Below are positions 13,301-24,774 of a DNA stretch of 64,000 nt, piece after piece. The stretch's first letter is position 1. Every line of letters starts with the position of its first letter. Made by a program: the position numbers and the translations under genes. The notes beneath the pieces are model-generated. The model did not search any database. It was not told the DNA's origin and saw only the letters and a program-made list of their open reading frames with translations. This stretch comes from Haplodiscus bocki. Taxonomy: Eukaryota. Location: positions 42,284,001-42,348,000 of the forward strand of contig OZ296652.1 in the NCBI GenBank assembly GCA_965655095.1, given 5' to 3'.

Positions 13301-14800
13301 TAAATGTGTCCATACAAACAGTTTGAAACATTCTCAGAAACATTAACGACCATAAAGGAACAACCAGAAAAAAATTCGAAAAACTTGAAAATTCTTTAAT
13401 TATTTTCGAACATTAAGCAAAAAACTTACTGGCTTTTGACAAAAGTTTCTCAGCAAGGTTGTCAAAGCTGCCTTTCACGTATGCAGAGGAAATGTTCGGA
13501 GAGAAAAAACTGTTTGTCCAGGTAATTTGGGACCTTGACTAAGAAATTATCGGAATTTAGGCGAGAAAAACACGGCAGGGCTGTCAAATTCGCTTTCTGC
13601 CTGCCCAAATGAATGTTTTGAGGCGGTTTGTTGTGGAAAGTCTGCATCTTTTTCCAATCACTTTCCGACCTTGAGAGAACGTTCGTGGCTTCTCGGCAAA
13701 ATGTTCCCGCTGATTTAACGAAACTTCTTGTTTCGTGGACATGGGGATAATTTGACGGAACTTTTTCTCTAAGAGAAATAACTCCTTCAATTCTTTCGAA
13801 TAATGAGCTGGAAAAGGATCGGCCACCAAGCAAAAGTTTTTGGCAGGGATGTCAAAACTTCATTCTTTCTGCGAAGGAGAAGATTTTGAGGAAACTTAAC
13901 GTTTATAGAAAAATGTGGATTTTTCTCCTCACCTCCCGAAATTGAGCAAAATTCTGTCGGCCTTTGGTTGGAAAAGTTTCGGCTGGGTTTGAAAACTGCA
14001 TTTTGTGTGACTCTTTACACAATTGAAAAAATTTTGGTTATTATTGAAGAACCGTGAGATGCAGTCTGAAAAAAAAACACGGAAAATGTTAGAAGTCTTT
14101 CATCATTTTCGGAACTTAAGCGAAGTTTTTTTAAGTGTTTGGCTGGAAAAATTCCGAGTAGTATTTTGAAGCGAACATTTTTTCACAGGAAGAAATTTCA
14201 GGTTTCGATCTTTTTCAGCCATTAGGCGAGAAACTTTCAAATTTAGCAAACGCTTCTCAACTCGGATGTCGCAACTGCTTACCACCTGTCCAGGTGAACA
14301 TTTTGAGAATTTTTATGATAAACCTTTCTTTTTTTTCATCACTTTTCGATCTTGATCGAAAATCTTTTGGACTGTGCGCGGAAAAATTTTTGTATGAGCG
14401 AAAAAATTTCGGCCTTTAGCATAAGTTTCGCCAAAACCTCACTTTACGTGTCGAGAAGGATATTTTGAAGAAGCATTTTTTTTCTGTAACAGAAACAGCA
14501 TTTTCAATTCTTTCGAACAAGGTGCCAGACGATGTTCAGCCTCCGGGCAAAAGTTTTTCAAAAGGGATGTCAAAATTGCATTCTTTTTGCGCAGGAGAAG
14601 TTTTTGAGGATATTTTTTGTTTATTGAAAATTGTGTACTTTTCTCCTTACTTCCGGAAACTGAGCAGAAATTTTGCTGCCTTTGATTGGAAAAATTTCGA
14701 CTGGGTTGTGAAAACTGAATTTTGTGTGACCGTTTACACATTTGAAAACTTTCTTTTGAAAACTTCTTTGAAATGCGTAAGACTTTCTTAAATTTTTCGG
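10340..14800 (+). repeat. Degenerate satellite-like array with core GGCAGGGTTGTCAAAACTGCATTCTACG(C/T)GTCC and higher-order duplications
   Basis: The core recurs roughly every 100-130 bp (e.g. 10386, 10746, 11005, 11131, 13575). Longer blocks recur at 12508/13229/14248 and 12316/14046. Confidence 0.8.
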
Positions 14801-15009
14801 ATATACCAGCACTCTTTTTGAGAAAGAGAATTTCCTAGACTTTGTTGACCCAAATTTTAGTTAGATCATCATCGTCCATCCAGCCATTCGCCTATAACTC
14901 GACAAAACACCCGTCAACTTCTGCAGACCTTCCGGCACTTTCTTTCCTTGGTAAAACTTGATTGGTCTAATTTTTTTGTTAGTTCGACTAAGTATTTTGT
15001 GATTTATTC

Positions 15010-15064
15010 AATATAAAAGCTGCCCTGGAATAAAAGCCGCGGCTTATGTTCGAATGAATACGCT
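15010..15064. mobile_element. Remnant terminal repeat of a Tc1/pogo-type DNA transposon
   Basis: ATAAAAGCCGCGGCTTATGTTCGAATGAATACGCTA resembles the ...GCGGCTTAT...AATACGGTA ends of pogo/Tigger-like elements. No partner end was found. Confidence 0.35.
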
Positions 15065-15656
15065 AGAAGATTTCACCTTAGATTTTGGCTGAGATTGTGA
15101 CTTGGCAGAGTTTGACCTGACACTATTTCTAAATTATTGGCTTTTATCGTTTAACCATTCTACTAATCCATGCTCTATGTTTCTTATGGTGGCTTTTTCA
15201 AAAATTATTGTTTCTTTAAAACTAAAACATTTCAAAGTAACATATTTAATTGGGATGAGTCTTCCTTAACGTAAGGCAAAACTGTTATCACTGCATATCA
15301 ATTGCTGCTTCAACTCAAACCATAACTTTTTAGTCGGCGCTTCATTTTAGTAGAAATGCCGATTATTACGCTTTTTCTTTCAAGGCACCACCTCACTTCA
15401 AATCGATCTAATTTTGGCTGAATTGCTCAAACCTAGCTACAAACCAATTCTCGCAACTACAAATTGTACCATAACTTTCTAAAATGGAAAACTTTTGTGA
15501 TACCCCTTTTTGCATTATCATAAGATACAAAAGCTTTTGTGATGCCCGCTGTTGCCTATACTAAAGTTTTTACAAATGGCAAATATCAAATCTTGGACTG
15601 AGTTTGCCAGGCAGTGTGTTATCTACCAATGAGTACCCCTACGAAGGTTTTGGTAC

Positions 15657-16649
15657 TATTAGGCACAAAGTATTTGTCTTGTTTGTATTGAAAGTGATTA
15701 AATGGTCATTTTGTGGGGTAAAACACTTGTATTATAGTATTTATTCCTTGTATGGAAATACCTTTGATCATTTGTTTATGTTTTTATTTATTATGTCGGC
15801 GAGGAAATAACCACTTTGATGTCCATTTCCGACGGATCGGACCGTACTTTTTTCTGTCGAAAGATGGAAAAGACGCGGTCCGTGAGGGAAGAAATGGACG
15901 GAAAGGTGTTTATTTCCCGCCAGAGTCGGCATTATCCCTTTATAGATAATATGATTAAAGTACGTTCCCCTATTTGCACCTTGATTTGGCGTGTAAACAA
16001 TTGTGTTTCCCGCCAAGGAAAGGTATAAATAGGAGAAATGAAATTACAATTATTATTATAAAAATATTGCGACGTTGAGTATTGTAACTCTCTTTAAAAT
16101 CACCTTCTTTGACTGTTTGAACTGTTGAAATTTTATTCCCTCAGATTTAGAGGAGACTTTTATTAGTACAAGAAGAGATAAATTCAGTCTTAACTACTGA
16201 CAAGATTTTCCCTCAAGAAGTATGGCAACATTGAGAAACAAGAGAAAATTAGCGGCAGTTTCAAGAGAAACGCCTGAAGGCAGTAGAAGCAGTAGAGGAC
16301 AGAATGTACTTGACCCTGAGTTAACCCAAGATTACATCTCCCAGGTCTCCGAGGAGATTGAGGGGAGAATAACTAAGAAACTCGAAGGAATTTAGCAAGA
16401 CAGAGTCACGTATCTTGGGTGCCTTGTCAAAACTTGACGAGTTTCTTCTGAACCCACAAGTTCGGACTTGTTCCGTAGCTGTTCAAGGAACGTCCAGAAA
16501 CGCTAATTCAGAAAACCGGGAAACTCATGGGGATCGCTCCTCAGATGATCCCTATCCCGAAGTGGGGTTTTTTCCTCATCACTCTGGCCAACTCAATAGC
16601 CCAGAGACAGAAACCAACTCGCATATGGTGACCGAAACTTACCCTCACT
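15657..16649 (+). mobile_element. Solo LTR (Ty3/Gypsy-like), copy 2, shorter subfamily
   Basis: Flanked by GGTAC (15652-15656) and GGTAC (16650-16654). Termini TATTAGG...CCTCACT look like mutated TG...CA. Shares the antisense-ORF block and gag start with copies 1 and 3 but not their 5' half. Confidence 0.7.
16222..16649 (+). pseudogene. Gag N-terminal fragment inside LTR copy 2 (MATLRNKRKLAAVSRE...ILGALSKLDEFLLNPQVRTCS...ETNSHMVTETYPH)
   Basis: ATG at 16222, frameshift near 16383, homologous to copies 1 and 3. Confidence 0.7.
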
Positions 16650-16675
16650 GGTACCTCCACCCCTCACCTGATCAG

Positions 16676-16978
16676 CTCACACTCTTACTACTCTTGTAAA
16701 TGAAGAGGTTCCTTCAACATCGGTGACGTCGCACACCACAGATCACAAGACAGCTCTTCTCGCGCTATCCAATTTCACTGTATTCACTGCAAATAGAACT
16801 TTCACTTTTCCTCTTGGGAACATTAAGTCGGCCCAGTCACTGCAACAAGGCAACGGGCGGTTGTTCAAAGTGGTCTTGTTTGATGACTATTCGGTCATGG
16901 TTTGTTGTGATAGCAGTAAAAGTTGTGAACAATGGGTTTGCGAGATAAACAAAGTGCTGCTTCAAAAACCATTGAAGG
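16676..16978 (+). CDS. Putative PH-domain exon (PLEKHH-like gene or pseudogene)
   Basis: The ORF ends FKVVLFDDYSVMVCCDSSKSCEQWVCEINKVLLQ, matching the PH C-terminal strand and helix with the conserved Trp. It is followed by a G|GTTAGT donor at 16979. The 5' acceptor is uncertain. Confidence 0.45.
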
Positions 16979-17086
16979 GTTAGTGAACTTCAAAGCTAAA
17001 CTTTAATATTTGTTCACTTGTTTTCGATATATGCGGAAAACAGAGCTCACTCACTCCATGGCATCACCACTCCATGACAGTGGCAG

Positions 17087-18544
17087 GGCAGAATGCCCAA
17101 ACCCAAAATACCCAAGACCGAAGTCCCAAAATACTTAAGATTGAAAAAGCCATACTAATTAAATAATTTGAGCGTCTTGACGCTTAAAGTTTCAAGACGC
17201 CTCTGATTATTTAAGTTTATTGTTTTTGAAAAAATAAAAATTTCGGCACTGTGGGGACAAATTTGTAATAACCTTCACAAAATTTTCGGCTTTGAGTCAA
17301 AATTTTAATTCACCTCATAAAATTTTCGGCACTGTGAGACAGAATTGTAATTCGCCTCACAAAATTTTCGGCATTGTGGGGACAAATATGTAATTAACTT
17401 CACAAAATTTTTGGCTTTGAAACCTAATTGTAATTCACCTCATGAAATTTTCGGCACTATGAGACAGAAATGTGATTATGTTGTTTGTTTTTTTGCAAAA
17501 AAAAAACAAAAACGGAATTTTTTTCAGAAGACAAAAAAGAATATTTACAGAAAATAACATGCCAAAAATCTCTAAACGTTTTTCATCTAAATTTTGCTAC
17601 TGCTCTGAGAAATGGCACAGCATTTTCGAACTCATAAGTGCTTCGGATATTTTGCATCTGTTTTTTTTATTTTTTCTTATCGGGGGCGCTTGGAGCACAA
17701 TAATCCGGCAGTTTCTTGAACATATTTAAACTTCTGCATTTTCGAATCTTTTTCCAAGTTCCGTTAGAGCAACCAAATATTCGGCGTAGAAGCACTAAAA
17801 TACGCCTGCAGTCCGTAATGCCAGCCTTCTACGCTATTTGTTGTCCGGGCCACCCCCTCCTGCACAATTTTACACAATTTCGATTACGACTAGGTGCAAA
17901 CTGTGTTAGTGTCCTATTATCGGTGTGTTAATTGCTGAATCCGGTAACTACGACGCTGTTATATTCAAACCTTGTTTTAATTATTACGTTTAAAAAGGAT
18001 TAATCTTAATTACACTTAGTTACTGTAACTAAATGATTACTAGATATTTGAAGCGGTTGAATTTGCGGCGGTTGAAATGGCATAGGACGAAATGTCCTGA
18101 CACCAAAATACCAACGCCCCCTCTCCCCTCAAACAATTTCGGCACCGTGAGACAAAATTGTAACACCCCCATTTGGTATGTACATTTTTTTTGCACTAGA
18201 CTGGTGAGCTTTTTGTGAATAGATTTTCCTAAACTTCGTTTCTCCTACAAATTTTAGGGCAAATTTTCGAACTTTCGAAAACTTTAAATTCCAAATTAAA
18301 GTTATTGCGAATTAGGTGCCAGATATTGTAGGAATTTTGTGTAGTGCCTTTAAAATGACACAATATGCTTCATTCAGGAGCAATAATTTTCAATATCATA
18401 ATTACGATACCATTTAGGTAATTATGCAAACACTTTAATTATTTAATTGTGCATTTGTTTTAATCTTGGGTATTATGGCCTTGGGTATTTTGGACTTTGG
18501 GTATTTTGTGCTGGTGTATTTTGGGGGTATTTTGAGGTGGAACC
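17087..18544. mobile_element. Non-autonomous TIR/foldback element with internal ~43-bp tandem repeats
   Basis: Left end is repeated CCCAAAATACCCAAG...AAGATT and right end is the inverse (AATCTTGGGTATT...GGGTATTTTG). About 5 copies of AAAATTTTCGGCACTGTG(A/G)GACA...TGTAAT lie at 17259-17475. Confidence 0.6.
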
Positions 18545-20519
18545 GGTCTGCAGTCTACGATGAAAGTGCTCGGCCGTCGACCATCGTGTAAATAGAAACA
18601 ATGTGTTCAAAAGTCCCAATTTTTCAAACCCGACTAGCGAATATATTTTGTGACAACCCCTTTACATATTTGGAGCCATACGGGCACGCCGAATTGAGTC
18701 ATTCTGACTTGTTGTTTGAATGGCTACCATTTTGCTTTTCAACAGACGTGAAAAACTTTGGTTAAAAGTTGTCCCAAGAATTGTTTAGACCAAAAACAAC
18801 CAAACGTCTGCAGAAAAGTTAATATTGCTCCTGCAAGTAACTGTATGGATGAGCGACATCGCCCAAATGAAAAGGGGGTAACGATGAGCGCAACCAGCGT
18901 TAAGTGGAAAACATTAAGCTATGAAATTACTCATTTCAATTTCGTGGAGCAGTATGAGTTCATTTTGGAGTATGATTAATGGAAGAACAAGTCGACAGCT
19001 GCCAAAGCCGGCTCACAATATTCATGAGGACCCCTCTTTTGGAAAAAAATGGCTTTTTTAACGGAAACTTCAGTCAAATCTTTATGTTGTACCCTTTTTG
19101 ATACCGCTTTATGAAAGGGTGCATCAAGAAATTTTCCAAACATTAAAATGTGATAGATGGAGTTTTGAAAAAAGATAGGGTTGGTTGATTTTTCTAAGCA
19201 TGTCTTTCCATTGGAATCCATCCATCCATTCAAAAAAAGTCAGTTTCACTGATGAGCCGTTTACAATGAATCATCCCAGATTTTCACCCATTGTTGTCTT
19301 TTGAAGCTGGCAAACCGCCTGCTTATTATGGTTGACTAGCATTTTCTGTCTTCATAATCACAATACGCACACGATGAGAAGTGGAATTAACTTTGCTTGT
19401 AATTGATCAAGCGGGTAGATTTTGGCGTAGTTGTTGTTGTTGACGACAGCCATGTGCGCTGGAATACTACAACCATCCTAGTTCGAATCCCTTCTCGGCC
19501 ATTTTTTTTGCTTTGGATATTTTAGCTTTTCTCAATTTTAGTATTTTTTGAAGAAAACGCCTTTCGCCCTATTGGTAGAAATCTATTTTGCGTTTTAGAA
19601 TTTTTTTGCAACAATAATCCAAATTGAAGTTATCTGAAAATATTCAATAATTTCGCTAAGATTCCAAATTGGTAGCACAATTTTAGGTTTTATCATTTTC
19701 GAAATTGAGCGGAAATTTTACCCCTTGAAAATAATTTTTGTTTTTTTGCCCGAATTTTCCCTCTATTCTCAACACCGTTAAACTTTTTAGACACAGGTTT
19801 ACAAATATTAAACCGACGTGAAATATCTGAAAAAATTTGTCATTTTTTGAGTAAAAAATGGAAATTGGTTATTTTCATGACAAAATTGAAAATTAGCTGA
19901 GTTTTGCTGGATCTTTATCGACCCTTCGCTTTTCTGCTTCATAATCAATTCTTTTAACTACAGATCCCGCCTGAATCGGTACGAAAATTCTAAGGAATTT
20001 GTTCGGATTTTGAAAATTTTTGTTGAAGAATTGAGTTTTCAGTTTACGAAAGTAGATCAGAGCTAATTTCGCGATTATATAATTTTCACAATTTTGCTAG
20101 CGAAATTTTTTTGATTCCTGCGTCTACAAACTATTTGAACACAGAACCACAAATGCAGACAAATTCATTAGAGTTTATGAAAAGTATCTTCTTAGAGGTA
20201 TTTCAGTTGCTTAAATAGAATTCTTGATGCTATAAAGTGGGCTAAAAATAAGTAATGTCGCAATTTTCCCAGAATTTCACACTTTTGCATTCCATCGCTA
20301 CTTTCTATTCGCTAGGTCAAACTAGTACGATAGAGGCAAAAATTTCGCTAAATACAAGAAATTCGCCGGAACTATTGGCGGAAAATCGAGAGATTATTGA
20401 ACTCCTTGAGTATTGGGAGGTAATCGAGAGATTCTTGAACCTCTGTTTGGACACACTTTAGTTGTCTTCCAAAGCAAAAACAATGGTGTACAGACTAAAT
20501 GTAGTAACTGTTTTCCCCT

Positions 20520-21100
20520 TAACTTCAGTCAGTTAGGTGTGCCAGTGCGCTAATGTTGGCAGATGATCTAGGGTCGACTGAATTTCTGTTGGTATACTGA
20601 GTTTTCTTCCAAAACGAACTATGGTTTCGGAAAGATAACGGTAGTACCTTGTTTTGATAATGGTAGTGGTTGTACCTTGTTTTGTCTCGAATTTCCGCGA
20701 ATTAACTCTGCCATCTGGCTAATGTTGGCGGATAATTGAGGGTTGAGTAAACTTCTCTTCTGGTATATCCGAAGTGAGCTACGCTTTCAAAAAATATTCT
20801 TGTAGTGCCTGGTTTTCGCCTCTAGTATCTTCCTTTCCATTTTCCAACTATTACGTCTGGCAGCGCACGCCTGTTGGAGGAAAATCGACTGGCGGATCAT
20901 CGAGGGTCCATTAAACTTTTCTTTTGACACATCCGATTGAAAAACTGTTTCGAAAAAAATAACGGTAGAACCTATTTTTCTCTCATTTATCCGTGACTCA
21001 AACTTCCGCTACTTAGTTCTGCTAGCGCGAAATCGAGGGTTTGTTGGATTTTTCTTTGAAAATATCGAATTTGTGACAGGTTTTCAGGAAAAATATTTGT
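20520..21100 (+). repeat. About 4 diverged tandem copies of a ~140-170-bp unit
   Basis: CTAATGTTGGC(A/G)GAT...GAGGGT-type motif at ~20550, 20719, 20889 and 21030. Confidence 0.6.
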
Positions 21101-21758
21101 ACCAAAAACCTTACTCAAAATCAACCTTTTTTCAAAATTCTGAACCTTTATTCCAAATTTTTCTTGTCAAATCCCATTTATAAAATTTTAAGAATCGTCA
21201 GGTAGCGGGATCAAATTCCAGCATAAGCTGTTTTTTATACCTAATTTTTTTTTACTTTTTGCCGGAAAGCTAACTTTGTGTCCAAACTTTTCTTAAACAC
21301 CCCCATACAAAATTTATCGAATGGTAGCGTTGTTTCAACTTTTTGAAAACTTCAAAAAATTGTTTGACAGCTTTGCCTTTGTGTTGAACAAGCAAAATGC
21401 CACCTCATGGTTGACCTGTTTTTTTCTCTATCGTTCTCGACTCGTATTTGCTGCTGGTGTTACTTGCAGTGTGGTAGTTTGATCAGGTGTTTCCGGATTT
21501 TGATCACGTGTTCGTTAGAATCTTAGTAGCAGTGCCATTTTTGCGAGAAATTTTGGTTTCGAATTCTCGAAAATGTTGGAAAATAACTGAAAATTTCTGA
21601 CCGATCCTACTTTTTCCAAAACGAAATTTATGACGAGAGATATTTGAACAACTACATCCGAAAATTTCTAAGACTTGAATTTTAAATCAGTTAATTCAGT
21701 GAAAAAGTGGACCATTCAACAATTTTGACGTTGCTTTCACTCAAGAAACCTTGGAAAA

Positions 21759-21766
21759 TGTGCGTG

Positions 21767-21846
<80 letters not shown>
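21759..21846 (+). repeat. (TG)n microsatellite
   Basis: Directly visible. Confidence 0.97.
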
Positions 21847-21989
21847 GGGGGGGTATTATACCTTAAACTGAGCTATTTTGAGGAGCAATGTCTGGAAAAA
21901 AATCAGAGAGTCTTTTAATCCGCTAAGGTCCCCGTAATCGGGGAAATACGGTAACTGTTTTTAATGAAAGTGCCTTTCTTCAATTTCAG

Positions 21990-22448
21990 CAAGATTGTAT
22001 TCGAACATACTTGACATCAGTGAGGTCATGGAAGTTTCACGACTGTAAATTTGTTCAATTAACTCGATCACGAGAGAAGGACGTTGCTTTGTTAGCAATC
22101 GGGGAAGTTGGTGTCGCTCTTTTGCGGTTAGCCTCTTTCGAAGTCATCTTCTGCTACTATATACCCTATCTAATATCATTTGGAAGTCGCAAAAACAAGT
22201 TACATCTAGCCTTCTCCATCGATGGCAACGTAAAGCGCTACGAACTGATGGGTACCTATTCCCAAGTGTATGAGGCTGCCGTTAGCATAGCAGAGTATGT
22301 GAACGAGTTAAGCTGGCTGAGGCGACACGTCGGCGAATACGCAAGGTCTTCCGACTTCTCGTTGACCAATCCAAATGCAGCGCATTTGGCTTCGGGTTCA
22401 GATGCAGCTGGTAGCAAGCAAGATTCACTGATGGTTTTGCGATGTTGA
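21990..22448 (+). CDS. Terminal exon encoding a FERM F3 lobe of a PLEKHH1/2 (MAX-1)-like MyTH4-FERM protein
   Basis: Acceptor TTCTTCAATTTCAG| at 21989, then an open frame QDCIRTYLTSVRSWKFHDCKF...LLAIGEVGVALL...YLISFG...QVYEAAVSIAEYVNEL...stop 22448. This parallels the PLEKHH pattern ECIRIYLTVARKWPFFG...IAVNEDGVSIL...TTFGG...IAEATFIMASYMN (recalled, not searched). Confidence 0.7.
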   Translation, partial: QDCIRTYLTSVRSWKFHDCKFVQLTRSREKDVALLAIGEVGVALLRLASFEVIFCYYIPYLISFGSRKNKLHLAFSIDGNVKRYELMGTYSQVYEAAVSIAEYVNELSWLRRHVGEYARSSDFSLTNPNAAHLASGSDAAGSKQDSLMVLRC

Positions 22449-22651
22449 ATATTATAAATTTTAACACGAGATGATAACTCATGTCTATCTGTTTATAAAA
22501 TTTACTTCTATCACCTTATGTTTAGAAAGCTAAAGATTACAAATGATTGAATTTTGAAGTTGACATATTCATATAAAGCATTGGAATTATGATACAGATC
22601 CAATTTATATTTTTTGTAATTTTTGCCGAGAAGTTGGATGGTTGTTGTATA

Positions 22652-22935
22652 GGCCTATGAAGATGTTCAGTTCTCTGAATGGCCTCTTAAAGATTTCGCT
22701 GGAGTTCATTCGGTTTTAGATCGGCTTGCCTATGCAGCATATGGGTAACATTGTACGATTCGACATTTTCGACATCAGTGATTTTTTGAAGTGTTGATAT
22801 TTTGAATCATTTCTGGAATTTGTGGATGGTGATCTGAAACAGACAAGGAAAAGTCATTTCAAGCAATGAGATATTTATGATATGATCAGTTGCACACCGC
22901 CTTCTCTATCAATGGCAACGTGAAACACTACTAAA
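22652..22935 (+). pseudogene. Degenerate partial duplicate of the FERM-region exons
   Basis: 22890-22935 (LHTAFSINGNVKHY*) matches 22200-22245 (LHLAFSIDGNVKRYE). TTCGACATCAGTGA (22788) matches TTGACATCAGTGA (22011). Confidence 0.6.
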
Positions 22936-22979
22936 CCTCCCTGGACTTGATATTTTAAGTTTACAAAGTGGCCTTTGAG

Positions 22980-23198
22980 TACACTAGTTGAGCAACAATA
23001 GATTTCTTGCAATAATCTTGCAAGCTTCGTCCAGAAACATACTTCCTGTAAGATGAAGCAATCCTTGTAGGACTGCGGCAACAATACATTATTGCAAAAT
23101 CCTCCCAAGCAATAGATTCCCTGCAAGATCTTTCCAAGAAACACATTTCTGGAAAGATTCTTTGGCAAGACATTTCTCGCAAGATTTTGATTAGATGT
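22980..23198. repeat. Short MITE-like element rich in degenerate CTTGCAAG palindromes
   Basis: Repeated TTCTTGCAA / CTTGCAAG / CTGCAAGAT motifs. Confidence 0.4.
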
Positions 23199-24735
23199 GG
23201 AATGAGTCAAAGCGAATCAGTGTGCCAAGAGGAAATTCAACGCATTACCGAGGAATTGGAAACAAAAGTCATAGTCGCCATGGCTGATTTAGAGATGAAA
23301 CGGCTCAACTGTTTCCGCAACAGGAGCTGTATGTATTAGTTTTTTTACTTGAGTTTTTGCCACGAGTCAGTCATTCCAAAAGAACAGTAAACGAGCCGGA
23401 AACGCCAAATTAGTTCCGCTCCTAAAGCCCGAAATATTTTTAGGAGGCCTTTGGTATTGGAACTTCAGTTAAAAAAGTACTCTTATTTTGTGAGGGATCT
23501 GTGTCGAAAAGTTTGCGGATACTCTTAACTACGTTATTATAAACTAGGCTACGAAAGAAATATAAAGAAAAGGAGGCATTATTACAAAAATGTTTGGTAA
23601 TATAAGTTTGGATTTGGAACTCCTTGGAAATTCTTTTTTTAACGTTGTCCTGAAATCATGTACAGTATTGATCTTGTATATAAAACTATCATGTGAGGGT
23701 TGCACCCTTTGAAAAACCAAATACTACAACAGTTAGTGTTTTAAGCAGTAGTAAGACGATTTAAGCAATGAAAATAGAAGTATAACGGACAACGTATACC
23801 AGTTTTAATAACTTGGGAGCAAAATTTTTGGTGTGATAACATGTTTACAGAGGACATTGATAGACAGCCTTGCAACCTGTATTCTTTGGGTTTTGCTTTG
23901 CTCATTAGGCTATCAAAGCCAGCTTATTAACGTCAAAGCGCATTATGTCGTAGCGTTCACAACTCCTATTTGGCATTCTGCATTCCAGAATTTTCTTAAA
24001 ATTTTACTTCAAATTGAAAATTTATGGAATTTATCGACTATATTGCCGAGATTTGAAAATGTTAAAAAATAAAGTATCACTTTCCAAATTGAACCAAAGT
24101 TTCCAACATATTAAAATTTTTCGATAAATTCGCCTGAAATTACGGAATTTTTGGTACCAAGTCAACCAATTTGCGCTAAAATGCAAATTAATACCAACGT
24201 ATTAGCTGAAACGTTCGAAAGCGAAACTTTTTTCAGTGTACAAGAATAGCTGAAATTTGCTGCAATTTACTAACCATTTTTAAGGCCACGCATGAAACAG
24301 ATCAAAACGAAGCGTTAGGTTTTGAAAGTTGTAAAAATGAAGTTTTAAGGCTTGTAAAGTTGACCGAAAATAGTTTTCCCGAATTTAACAATTTTTTCCT
24401 TGTCAAATTTGTAGCTGCTTTTTCAAACTAACACAAGACCAGTAGAAACTTGGAAAACTGAAGAAATTCCACTTGGTATAGTTTTTTCTGACAGGGTTTT
24501 CAGTCGCCTTATTGACGTTTTTGACGCTTTAAAGGCCCAAAAATTGACAAAATCGCAAATTTTTTGGTTTTCGCCATCTTGAGTTTGATATCAACTTTCT
24601 AACAATTTACGCCAAAACAATTCGACACAGAAGCACATATATAGCTAAATGCAGCAGCCGCCAAAGTGTTCATCGTTGGATTCTTTGATAGTTCAAAGTC
24701 AACGGCAAAAAAACTTTTACCTTTTTTGGGGAATT

Positions 24736-24738
<3 letters not shown>

Positions 24739-24770
<32 letters not shown>
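24739..24770 (+). repeat. (CT)n microsatellite
   Basis: Directly visible. Confidence 0.95.

Positions 24771-24774
<4 letters not shown>

Noticed and set aside
10340-14800. CRISPR-like repeat/spacer appearance
   Set aside because: The repeats are highly degenerate, the linkers are homologous to each other, there are no cas genes, and the context is eukaryotic.
19410-19505. tRNA gene (GTTCGAATCCC T-arm)
   Set aside because: No acceptor stem or cloverleaf; better treated as a SINE-like relic.
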